The translations under genes were made by a program, and so were the position numbers. The notes beneath the pieces were generated by a model. That model was not told the DNA's origin. It did not search any database and saw only the letters and a program-made list of their open reading frames with translations. Positions 53,064 through 64,000 of a stretch of DNA of 64,000 bases are shown here, piece after piece (the stretch's first letter is position 1; each line of letters begins with the position of its first letter). This DNA comes from the human T2T-CHM13v2.0 reference genome, Homo sapiens. The DNA is taken from the NCBI RefSeq assembly GCF_009914755.1, contig NC_060936.1. One strand, written 5' to 3'.

Positions 53064-56000
53064 TCCCATTTCCAAAGAAGGCCTCAAAGAGGTCCAAATA
53101 TCCACTTGCACAAATTACAAAGAGAGTGTTTCCAAACTGCTCCATCAAAAGAAAGGTTAAACTCTGTGAGCTGAACACACACATCAAAAAGAAGTTTCTG
53201 TGAATGATTCTGTCTAGATTTTATAAGAAGATGTTTCCTTTTCTACCGTAGGCCTCAAAGCGCTTGAAATCTCCAGCTGCAAATTCCACAAAAAGGGTGT
53301 TTAACATCTGCTCTTCTAAAGGAAAGTTCAACTCTATGCGTTGAATACACACAGCACAAAGAAGTTACTGAGACTTCTCCTATCAAACATTATATGAAGA
53401 AATCCCGTTTCCAACGAAGGCCTCAAAGAGGTCCAAATATCTGCTTGCAGACTTTACAGACAGAGTGTTTCCAAACTGCTCCATCAAAAGAAAGGTTAAA
53501 CTCCTTGAGTTGAACACACACATCACAAAGTAGTTTCTGTGAATGATTCTGTCCAGTTTTTATACGAAGATGTTTCCTTTTCTACCTTTGGTCTCAAAGC
53601 GATTGAAATCTCCACATGGAAACTCCACAAAAAGAGTGACTCAAATCTGCTCTTTCTGAAGGAAGGTTCAACTCTGTGAGTTGAATACACACAACACAAA
53701 TAAGTTACTGAGAATTCTTCTGTGTAACATTATATGAGGAAATCCCGTTTCCAACGAAGGCCTCAAAGAGGTCCAAATATCCACTTGCAGACTTTACAAA
53801 GACAGTGTCTCCAAACTCCTCCATCAAAAGAAAGGTTATACTCTGTGAATTGAACGCACACATCACAAAGTAGTTTCTGAGAATGATTCTGTCTAGTTTT
53901 TATACGAAGATATTTCCTTTTCTACATTTGGCCTAAAAGCGCTTGAAATCTCCACGTGCAAATATCACAAAAAGAGGGTTTCACATCTGCTCTGTCTAAA
54001 GGACAGTTCATCTCTGTGAGTTGAATAGAGGCAACACAAAGAACTTACTCAGTATTCTTCTTTCTAGCGTTCTATGAAGAAATCCCGTTTCCAACGAAGG
54101 CCTCAAAGAGGTCCAAATATCTGCTTGCAGACTTTACAGACAGAGTGTTTCCAAACTACTCTATGAAAAGAAAGCTTAAACTCCTTGAGTTGAACGCACA
54201 CATCACAAAGTAGTTTCTGAGAATGATTCTGTCTAGTTTTTATACGAAGATGTTTCCTTTTCTACATTTGGTCTCAAAGCGATTGAAATCTCCAACTGGA
54301 AACTGCACAAATAGGGTGTTTCAAATCTGCTCTGTCTAAAGGAAGGTTCAACTCTGTGAGTTGAATACACACACCACAAATAAGTTACTGAGAATTCTTC
54401 CATCGAACATTACTTGAAGAAATCCCGTTTCCAACGAAGGCCTCAAAGAGGTCCAAATATCCACTTGCAGACATTACAAACAGAGTGTTTCCAAACTGCT
54501 CCATCAAAAGAAAGGTTAAACTCTGTGAGCTGAACACACACATCAAAAAGAAGTTTCTGTGAATGATTCTGTCTAGATTTTATAAGAAGATGTTTCCTTT
54601 TCTACCGTAGGCCTCAAAGCGCTTGAAATCTCCAGCTGCAAATTCCACAAAAAGGGTGTTTAACATCTGCTCTTCTAAAGGAAAGTTCAACTCTATGAGT
54701 TGAATACACACAGCACAAAGAAGTTACTGAGACTTCTCCTATCAAACATTATATGAAGAAATCCCGTTTCCAACGAAGGCCTCAAAGAGGTCCAAATATC
54801 CACTTGCATACTTTACAAAGACAGTGTCTCCAAACTCCTCCATCAAAAGAAAGGTTATACTCTGTGAATTGAACGCACACATCACAAAATAGTTTCTGAG
54901 AATGATTCTGTCTAGTTTTTATACGAAGATATTTCCTTTTCTACATTTGGCCTAAAAGCGCTTGAAATCTCCACCTGCAAATATCACAAAAAGAGGGTTT
55001 CACATCTGCTCTGTCTAAAGGACAGTTCACCTCTGTGAGTTGAATAGAGGCAACACAAAGAACTTACTCAGTATTCTTCTTTCTAGTGTTCTATGAAGAA
55101 ATCCCGTTTCCAACGAAGGCCTCAAAGAGGTCAAATATCTGCTTGCAGACTTTACAGACAGAGTGTTTCCAAACTACTCTATGAAAAGAAAGCTTAAACT
55201 CCTTGAGTTGAACGCACACATCACAAAGTAGTTTCTGAGAATCATTCTGTCTAGTTTTTATACGAAGATGTTTCCCTTTCTACAATTGGTCTCAAAGCGA
55301 TTGAAATCTCCAACTGGAAACTGCACAAATAGGCTGTTTCAAATCTGCTCTGTCTAAAAGAGGGTTCAACTCTGTGAGTTGAATACACACACCACAAATA
55401 AGTTACTGAGAATTCTTCTGTCGAACATTACAGGAAGAAATCCCGTTTCCAACGAAGGCCTCAAAGAGGTCCAAATATCCACTTGCAGACATTACAAACA
55501 GTGTGTTTCCCAACTGCTCCATCAAAAGAAAGGTTAAACTCTGTGAGCTGAACACACACATCAAAAAGAAGTTTCTGTGAATGATTCTGTCTAGATTTTA
55601 TAAGAAGATGTTTCCTTTTCTACCGTAGGCCTCAAAGCGCTTGAAATCTCCAGCTGCAAATTCCACAAAAAGGGTGTTTAACATCTACTCTTCTAAAGGA
55701 AAGTTCAACTCTATGAGTTGAATACACACAGCACAAAGAAGTTACTGAGACTTCTCCTATCAAACATTATATGAAGAAATCCCGTTTCCAACGAAGGCCT
55801 CAAAGAGGTCCAAATATCTGCTTGCAGACTTTACAGACAGTGTGTTTCCAAACTGCTCCATCAAAAGAAAGGTTAAACTCCTTGAGTTGAACACACACAT
55901 CACAAAGTAGTTTCTGTGAATGATTCTGTCTAGTTTTTATACGAAGATGTTTGCTTTTCTACCTTTGGTCTCAAAGCGATTGAAATCTCCACATGGAAAC

Positions 56001-56119
56001 TCCACAAAAAGAGTGTTTCAAATCTGCTCTTTCTGAAGGAAGGTTCAACTCTGTGAGTTGAATACACACACCACAAATAAGTTACTGAGAATTCTTCTGT
56101 GTAACATTATATGAGGAAA

Positions 56120-56799
56120 TCCCGTTTCCAACGAAGGCCTCAAAGAGGTCCAAATATCCACTTGCAGACTTTACAAAGACAGTGTCTCCAAACTCCTCCA
56201 TCAAAAGAAAGGTTATACTCTGTGAATTGAACGCACACATCACAAAGTAGTTTCTGAGAATGATTCTGTCTAGTTTTTATACGAAGATATTTCGTTTTAT
56301 ACATTTGGCCTAAAAGCGCTTGAAATCTCCACCTGCAAATATCACAAAAAGAGGGTTTCACATCTGCTCTGTCTAAAGGACAGTTCACCTCTGTGAGTTG
56401 AATAGAGGCAACACAAAGAACTTACTCAGTATTCTTCTTTCTAGCATTCTATGAAGAAATCCCGTTTCCAACGAAGGCCTCAAAGAGGTCCAAATATCTG
56501 CTTGCAGACTTTACAGACAGAGTTTTTCCAAACTGCTCCATCAAAACAAAGGTTAAACTCCTTGAGTTGAACACACACATCACAAAGTAGTTTCTGTGAA
56601 TGATTCTGTCTAGTTTTTATACGAAGATGTTTCCTTTTCTACCTTTGGTCTCAAAGCGATTGAAATCTCCACATGGAAACTCCACCAAAAGAGTGTTTCA
56701 AATCTGCTCTTTCTGAAGGAAGGTTCAACTCTGTGAGTTGAATACAGACACCACAAATAAGTTACTGAGAATTGTTCTGTGTAACATTATATGAGGAAA
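56120..56799 (-). repeat. 4-mer variant A-D (B and C absent)
   Basis: The end of A (CTAGCATTCT) is followed by the box at 56460 and then D sequence (CTGCTCCATC...CACATGGAAAC). Confidence 0.87.
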
Positions 56800-58157
56800 T
56801 CCCGTTTCCAACGAAGGCCTCAAAGAGGTCCAAATATCCACTTGCAGACTTTACAAAGACAGTGTCTCCAAACTCCTCCATCAAAAGAAAGGTTATACTC
56901 TGTGAATTGAACGCACACATCACAAAGTAGTTTCTGAGAATGATTCTGTCTAGTTTTTATACGAAGATATTTCCTTTTCTACATTTGGCCTAAAAGCGCT
57001 TGAAATCTCCACCTGCAAATATCACAAAAAGAGGGTTTCACATCTGCTCTGTCTAAAGGACAGTTCACCTCTGTGAGTTGAATAGAGGCAACACAAAGAA
57101 CTTACTCAGTATTCTTCTTTCTAGCGTTCTATGAAGAAATCCCGTTTCCAACGAAGGCCTCAAAGAGGTCAAATATCTGCTTGCAGACTTTACAGACAGA
57201 GTGTTTCCAAACTACTCTATGAAAAGAAAGCTTAAACTCCTTGAGTTGAACGCACACATCACAAAGTAGTTTCTGAGAATGATTCTGTCTAGTTTTTATA
57301 CGAAGATGTTTCCTTTTCTACATTTGGTCTCAAAGCGATTGAAATCTCCAACTGGAAACTGCACAAATAGGCTGTTTCAAATCTGCTCTGTCTAAAGGAA
57401 GGTTCAGCTCTGTGAGTTGAATACACACACCACAAATAAGTTACTGAGAATTCTTCTGTCGAACATTACAGGAAGAATTCCCGTTTCCAACGAAGGCCTC
57501 AAAGAGGTCCAAATATCCACTTGCGGACATTACAAACAGTGTGTTTCCCAACTGCTCCATCAAAAGAAAGGTTAAACTCTGTGAGCTGAACACACACATC
57601 AAAAAGAAGTTTCTGTGAATGATTCTGTCTAGATTTTATAAGAAGATGTTTCCTTTTCTACCGTAGGCCTCAAAGCGCTTGAAATCTCCAGCTGCAAATT
57701 CCACAAAAAGGGTGTTTAACATCTGCCCTTCTAAAGGAAAGTTCAACTCTACGAGTTGAATACACACAGCACAAAGAAGTTACTGAGACTTCTCCTATGA
57801 AACATTATATGAAGAAATCCCGTTTCCAACGAAGGCCTCAAAGAGGTCCAAATATCTGCTTGCAGACTTTACAGACAGAGTGTTTCCAAACTGCTCCATC
57901 AAAAGAAAGGTTAAACTCCTTGAGTTGAACACACACATCACAAAGTAGTTTCTGTGAATGATTCTGTCTAGTTTTTATACGAAGATGTTTCCTTTTCTAC
58001 CTTTGGTCTCAAAGCGATTGAAATCTCCACATGGAAACTCCACAAAAAGAGTGTTTCAAATCTGCTCTTTCTGAAGGAAGGTTCAACTCTGTGAGTTGAA
58101 TACACACACCACAAATAAGTTACTGAGAATTCTTCTGTGTAACATTATATGAGGAAA

Positions 58158-59855
58158 TCCCGTTTCCAACGAAGGCCTCAAAGAGGTCCAAATATCCACT
58201 TGCAGACTTTACAAAGACAGTGTCTCCAAACTCCTCCATCAAAAGAAAGGTTATACTCTGTGAATTGAACGCACACATCACAAAGTAGTTTCTGAGAATG
58301 ATTCTGTCTAGTTTTTATACGAAGATATTTCCTTTTCTACATTTGGCCTAAAAGCGCTTGAAATCTCCACCTGCAAATATCACAAAAAGAGGGTTTCACA
58401 TCTGCTCTGTCTAAAGGACAGTTCACCTCTGTGAGTTGAATAGAGGCAACACAAAGAACTTACTCAGTATTCTTCTTTCTAGCATTCTATGAAGAAATCC
58501 CGTTTCCAACGAAGGCCCCAAAGAGGTCCAAATATCTGCTTGCAGACTTTACAAAGACAGTGTCTCCAAACTCCTCCATCAAAAGAAAGGTTATACTCTG
58601 TGAATTGAACGCACACATCACAAAGTAGTTTCTGAGAATGATTCTGTCTAGTTTTTATACGAAGATATTTCCTTTTCTACATTTGGCCTAAAAGCGCTTG
58701 AAATCTCCACCTGCAAATATCACAAAAAGAGGGTTTCACATCTGCTCTATCTAAAGGAGAGTTTACCTCTGTGAGTTGAATAGAGGCAACACAAAGAACT
58801 TACTCAGTATTCTTCTTTCTAGCGTTCTATGAAGAAATCCCGTTTCCAACGAAGGCCTCAAAGAGGTCAAATATCTGCTTGCAGACTTTACAGACAGAGT
58901 GTTTCCAAACTACTCTATGAAAAGAAAGCTTAAACTCCTTGAGTTGAACGCACACATCACAAAGTAGTTTCTGAGAATGATTCTGTCTAGTTTTTATACG
59001 AAGATGTTTCCTTTTCTACATTTGGTCTCAAAGCGATTGAAATCTCCAACTGGAAACTGCACAAATAGGGTGTTTCAAATCTGCTCTGTCTAAAGGAAGG
59101 TTCAACTCTGTGAGTTGAATACACACACCACAAATAAGTTACTGAGAATTCTTCTGTCGAACATTACTTGAAGAAATCCCGTTTCCAACGAAGGCCTCAA
59201 AGAGGTCCAAATATCCACTTGCAGACATTACAAACAGAGTGTTTCCCAACTGCTCCATCAAAAGAAAGGTTAAACTCTGTGAGCTGAACACACACATCAA
59301 AAAGAAGTGTCTGTGAATGATTCTGTCTAGATTTTATAAGAAGATGTTTCCTTTTCTACCGTAGGCCTCAAAGCGCTTGAAATCTCCAGCTGCAAATTCC
59401 ACAAAAAGGGTGTTTAACATCTGCTCTTCTAAAGGAAAGTTCAACTCTATGAGTTGAATACACACAGCACAAAGAAGTTACTGAGACTTCTCCTATCAAA
59501 CATTATATGAAGAAATCCCGTTTTCAACGAAGGCCTCAAAGAGGTCCAAATATCTTCTTGCAGACTTTACAGACAGAGTGTTTCCAAACTGCTCCATCAA
59601 AAGAAAGGTTAAACTCCTTGAGTTGAACACACACATCACAAAGTAGTTTCTGTGAATGATTCTGTCTAGTTTTTATACGAAGATGTTTCCTTTTCTACCT
59701 TTGGTCTCAAAGCGATTGAAATCTCCACATGGAAACTCCACAAAAAGAGTGTTTCAAATCTGCTCTTTCTGAAGGAAGGTTCAACTCTGTGAGTTGAATA
59801 CACACACCACAAATAAGTTACTGAGAATTCTTCTGTGTAACATTATATGAGGAAA
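58158..59855 (-). repeat. Isolated single A-A'-B-C-D 10-mer
   Basis: Consecutive A dimers at 58158 and 58498; the second carries CTATCTAAAGGAGAG. Confidence 0.87.
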
Positions 59856-62231
59856 TCCCGTTTCCAACGAAGGCCTCAAAGAGGTCCAAATATCCACTTG
59901 CAGACTTTACAAAGACAGTGTCTCCAAACTCCTCCATCAAAAGAAAGGTTATACTCTGTGAATTGAATGCACACATCACAAAGTAGTTTCTGAGAATGAT
60001 TCTGTCTAGTTTTTATACGAAGATATTTCCTTTTCTACATTTGGCCTAAAAGCGCTTGAAATCTCCACCTGCAAATATCACAAAAAGAGGGTTTCACATC
60101 TGCTCTGTCTAAAGGACAGTTCACCTCTGTGAGTTGAATAGAGGCAACACAAAGAACTTACTCAGTATTCTTCTTTCTAGCGTTCTATGAAGAAATCCCG
60201 TTTCCAACGAAGGCCCCAAAGAGGTCCAAATATCTGCTTGCAGACTTTACAGACAGAGTGTTTCCAAACTACTCTATGAAAAGAAAGCTTAAACTCCTTG
60301 AGTTGAACGCACACATCACAAAGTAGTTTCTGAGAATGATTCTGTCTAGTTTTTATACGAAGATGTTTCCTTTTCTACATTTGGTCTCAAAGCGATTGAA
60401 ATCTCCACCTGGAAACTGCACAAATAGAGTGTATCAAATCTGCTCTGTCTAAAGAAGGTTCAACTCTGTGAGTTGAATACACACACCACAAATAAGTTAC
60501 TGAGAATTCTTCTGTCGAACATTACTTGAAGAAATCCCGTTTCCAACGAAGGCCTCAAAGAGGTCAAATATCTGCTTGCAGACTTTACAGACAGAGTGTT
60601 TCCAAACTACTCTATGAAAAGAAAGCTTAAACTCCTTGAGTTGAACGCACACATCACAAAGTAGTTTCTGAGAATGATTCTGTCTAGTTTTTATACGAAG
60701 ATGTTTCCTTTTCTACATTTGGTCTCAAAGCGATTGAAATCTCCAACTGGAAACTGCACAAATAGGGTGTTTCAAATCTGCTCTGTCTAAAGGAAGGTTC
60801 AACTCTGTGAGTTGAATACACACACCACAAATAAGTTACTGAGAATTCTTCTGTCGAAAATTACTTGAAGAAATCCCGTTTCCAACTAAGGCCTCAAAGA
60901 GGTCCAAATATCCTCTTACAGACATTACAAACAGAGTGTTTCCAAACTGCTCCATCAAAAGAAAGGTTAAACTCTGTGAGCTGAACACACACATCAAAAA
61001 GAAGTTTCTGTGAATGATTCTGTCTAGATTTTATAAGAAGATGTTTCCTTTTCTACCGTAGGCCTCAAAGCGCTTGAAATCTCCAGCTGCAAATTCCACA
61101 AAAAGGGTGTTTAACATCTGCTCTTCTAAAGGAAAGTTCAACTCAATGAGTTGAATACACACAGCACAAAGAAGTTACTGAGACTTCTCCTATCAAACAT
61201 CATATGAAGAAATCCCGTTTCCAACGAAGGCCTCAAAGAGGTCCAAATATCTGCTTGCAGACTTTACAAAGACAGTGTCTCCAAACTCCTCCATCAAAAG
61301 AAAGGTTATACTCTGTGAATTGAACGCACACATCACAAAGTAGTTTCTGAGAATGATTCTGTCTAGTTTTTATACGAAGATATTTTTTTTTCTACATTTG
61401 GCCTAAAAGCGCTTGAAATCTCCACCTGCAAATATCACAAAAAGAGGGTTTCACATCTGCTCTTTCTAAAGGACAGTTCACCTCTGTGAGTTGAATAGAG
61501 GCAACACAAAGAACTTACTCAGTATTCTTCTTTCTAGCGTTCTATGAAGAAATCCCGTTTCCAACGAAGGCCCAAAAGAGGTCCAAATATCTGCTTGCAG
61601 ACTTTACAGACAGAGTGTTTCCAAACTACTCTATGAAAAGAAAGCTTAAACTCCTTGAGTTGAACGCACACATCACAAAGTAGTTTCTGAGAATGATGCT
61701 GTCTAGTTTTTATACGAAGATGTTTCCTTTTCTACATTTGGCCTAAAAGCGCTTGAAATCTCCACCTGCAAATATCACAAAAAGAGGTTTTCACATCTGC
61801 TCTGTCTAAAGGACAGTTCACCTCTGTGAGTTGAATAGAGGCAACACAAAGAACTTACTCAGTATTCTTCTTTCTAGCGTTCTATGAAGAAATCCCGTTT
61901 CCAACGAAGGCCGCAAAGAGGTCAAATATCTGCTTGCAGACTTTACAGACAGAGTGTTTCCAAACTACTCTATGAAAAGAAAGCTTAAACTCCTTGAGTT
62001 GAACGCACACATCACAAAGTAGTTTCTGAGAATCATTCTGTCTAGTTTTTATACGAAGATGTTTCCCTTTCTACAATTGGTCTCAAAGCGATTGAAATCT
62101 CCAACTGGAAACTGCACAAATAGGCAGTTTCAAATCTGCTCTGTCTAAAAGAGGGTTCAGCTCTGTGAGTTGAATACACACACCACAAATAAGTTACTGA
62201 GAATTCTTCTGTCGAACATTACAGGAAGAAA
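59856..62231 (-). repeat. Cluster of irregular HORs: A-B-B-C-A-(B/A hybrid)-B
   Basis: B dimers at 60196 and 60535, a C-to-A join at 61213, and a dimer at 61553 that starts as B (AAGCTT) and ends as A (GGCCTAAAAGCGC...GAGGCAAC). Confidence 0.83.
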
Positions 62232-64000
62232 TCCCGTTTCCAACGAAGGCCTCAAAGAGGTCCAAATATCCACTTGCAGACATGACAAACAGTGTGTTTC
62301 CCAACTGCTCCATCAAAAGAAAGGTTAAACTCTGTGAGCTGAACACACACATCAAAAAGAAGTTTCTGTGAATGATTCTGTCTAGATTTTATAAGAAGAT
62401 GTTTCCTTTTCTACCGTAGGCCTCAAAGCGCTTGAAATCTCCAGCTGCAAATTCCACAAAAAGGGTGTTTAACATCTCCTCTTCTAAAGGAAAGTTCAAC
62501 TCTATGAGTTGAATACACACAGCACAAAGAAGTTACTGAGACTTCTCCTATCAAACATTATATGAAGAAATCCCGTTTCCAACGAAGGCCTCAAAGAGGT
62601 CCAAATATCTGCTTGCAGACTTTACAGACAGTGTGTTTCCAAACTGCTCCATCAAAAGAAAGGTTAAACTCCTTGAGTTGAACACACACATCACAAAGTA
62701 GTTTCTGTGAATGATTCTGTCTAGTTTTTATACGAAGATGTTTGCTTTTCTACCTTTGGTCTCAAAGCGATTGAAATCTCCACATGGAAACTCCACAAAA
62801 AGAGTGTTTCAAATCTGCTCTTTCTGAAGGAAGGTTCAACTCTGTGAGTTGAATACACACACCACAAATAAGTTACTGAGAATTCTTCTGTGTAACATTA
62901 TATGAGGAAATCCCGTTTCCAACGAAGGCCTCAAAGAGGTCCAAATATCCACTTGCAGACTTTACAAAGACAGTGTCTCCAAACTCCTCCATCAAAAGAA
63001 AGGTTATACTCTGTGAATTGAACGCACACATCACAAAGTAGTTTCTGAGAATGATTCTGTCTAGTTTTTATACGAAGATATTTCCTTTTCTACATTTGGC
63101 CTAAAAGCGCTTGAAATCTCCACCTGCAAATATCACAAAAAGAGGGTTTCACATCTGCTCTGTCTAAAGGACAGTTCACCTCTGTGAGTTGAATAGAGGC
63201 AACACAAAGAACTTACTCAGTATTCTTCTTTCTAGCGTTCTATGAAGAAATCCCGTTTCCAACGAAGGCCTCAAAGAGGTCAAATATCTGCTTGCAGACT
63301 TTACAGACAGAGTGTTTCCAAACTACTCTATGAAAAGAAAGCTTAAACTCCTTGAGTTGAACGCACACATCACAAAGTAGTTTCTGAGAATGATTCTGTC
63401 TAGTTTTTATACGAAGATGTTTCCTTTTCTACATTTGGTCTCAAAGCGATTGAAATCTCCAACTGGAAACTGCACAAATAGGCTGTTTCAAATCTGCTCT
63501 GTCTAAAGGAAGGTTCAGCTCTGTGAGTTGAATACACACACCACAAATAAGTTACTGAGAATTCTTCTGTCGAACATTACAGGAAGAATTCCCGTTTCCA
63601 ACGAAGGCCTCAAAGAGGTCCAAATATCCACTTGCGGACATTACAAACAGTGTGTTTCCCAACTGCTCCATCAAAAGAAAGGTTAAACTCTGTGAGCTGA
63701 ACACACACATCAAAAAGAAGTTTCTGTGAATGATTCTGTCTAGATTTTATAAGAAGATGTTTCCTTTTCTACCGTAGGCCTCAAAGCGCTTGAAATCTCC
63801 AGCTGCAAATTCCACAAAAATGGTGTTTAACATCTGCCCTTCTAAAGGAAAGTTCAACTCTACGAGTTGAATACACACAGCACAAAGAAGTTACTGAGAC
63901 TTCTCCTATCAAACATTATATGAAGAAATCCCGTTTCCAACGAAGGCCTCAAAGAGGTCCAAATATCTGCTTGCAGACTTTACAGACAGAGTGTTTCCAA

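Larger units (their letters stand above)
1..64000 (-). repeat. Alpha-satellite HOR array, SF1-type dimeric; canonical unit is an 8-mer of 1359 bp (dimers A-B-C-D)
   Basis: CENP-B boxes at 111, 451, 791, 1130, 1470 give dimers of 340/340/339/340 bp and a 1359-bp period. The reverse complement reads GAATTCTCAGTAACTT...GAGGCCTTCGTTGGAAACGGGATTTCTTCAT, matching the classical 340-bp EcoRI alphoid dimer. The pattern continues unbroken to the last box at 63929. Confidence 0.99.
1..64000 (-). other. D12Z3: Probable human chromosome 12 active centromeric array (D12Z3 / S1C12H1L)
   Basis: SF1 8-mer of ~1.36 kb with one HindIII per unit (AAGCTT 540-545), one PvuII (CAGCTG 2359-2364), EcoRI every ~680 bp (80, 760) and no regular RsaI site. 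This fits what I recall for D12Z3 better than the other SF1 8-mer, D10Z1. Not verified by alignment. Confidence 0.8.

Noticed and set aside
5564-56388. Ten short ORFs (63-88 aa) in the ORF track
   Set aside because: All lie inside satellite monomers. They arise where a SNP or small indel removes a stop codon (e.g. TTCTGA>TTCCGA at ~10209, the 2-bp deletion at ~52160) and recur only with array duplications. There is no gene context. Database hits to such peptides would probably be mis-annotated satellite translations.
59516-59532. Variant box TCCCGTTTTCAACGAAG as a lost CENP-B site
   Set aside because: The change is at a non-core position; the nine core bases are intact.
20821-60890. Apparent excess of transversions at CENP-B box CpGs
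   Set aside because: There are too few independent events once duplicated copies are collapsed, so no mutational-signature claim is supportable.
111-63945. CRISPR-like look of a conserved motif at regular spacing
   Set aside because: The intervening sequences are themselves ~300-bp repeats rather than unique 25-45-bp spacers, and there are no cas genes. The motif is the CENP-B box region.
1-64000. Transposon insertion, inversion or non-satellite island
   Set aside because: No Alu, L1 or LTR sequence, poly-A tail or target-site duplication was seen, and every box is in the same orientation from start to end.
1-64000. Assignment to other 8-mer arrays (D10Z1, D14Z9/D22Z1, chr18/20 variants)
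   Set aside because: The monomers read as SF1, which argues against the SF2 arrays, and the HindIII/PvuII periodicity without regular RsaI favours D12Z3 over D10Z1. An alignment is needed for certainty.
1-64000. A previously undescribed gene-level biological system
   Set aside because: Nothing in the sequence supports one. The array type is well known, and any novelty is limited to haplotype-specific repeat architecture.

Overview
The whole 64 kb window is one uninterrupted, single-orientation array of primate (human-type) centromeric alpha-satellite DNA, with the conventional consensus strand on the minus strand. It consists of ~170-bp monomers arranged as ~340-bp dimers, each dimer carrying one 17-bp CENP-B box (TCCCGTTTCCAACGAAG on +), and it reads as suprachromosomal family 1. 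Four dimer types (my labels A, B, C, D, each starting at a CENP-B box) form a 1359-bp 8-mer higher-order repeat (HOR) with one HindIII, one PvuII and two EcoRI sites. This best fits the active chromosome 12 array D12Z3 (assignment from recall, not a search). I see no genes, RNA genes, transposons, inversions or CRISPR arrays, and the listed ORFs are chance frames in satellite. I found no new gene-level biological system. The interesting content is the internal architecture: variant HORs (4-, 6-, 10- and 12-mers, hybrid dimers), nested HOR-of-HOR duplications (10184/8827, 3390 and 3053 bp), long-range haplotype matches (15948, 16300, 31563 and 6791/6111 bp), a dense substitution patch that looks like a conversion tract, and a domain enriched in broken CENP-B boxes. 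All coordinates were read by eye and may be off by a few bases.
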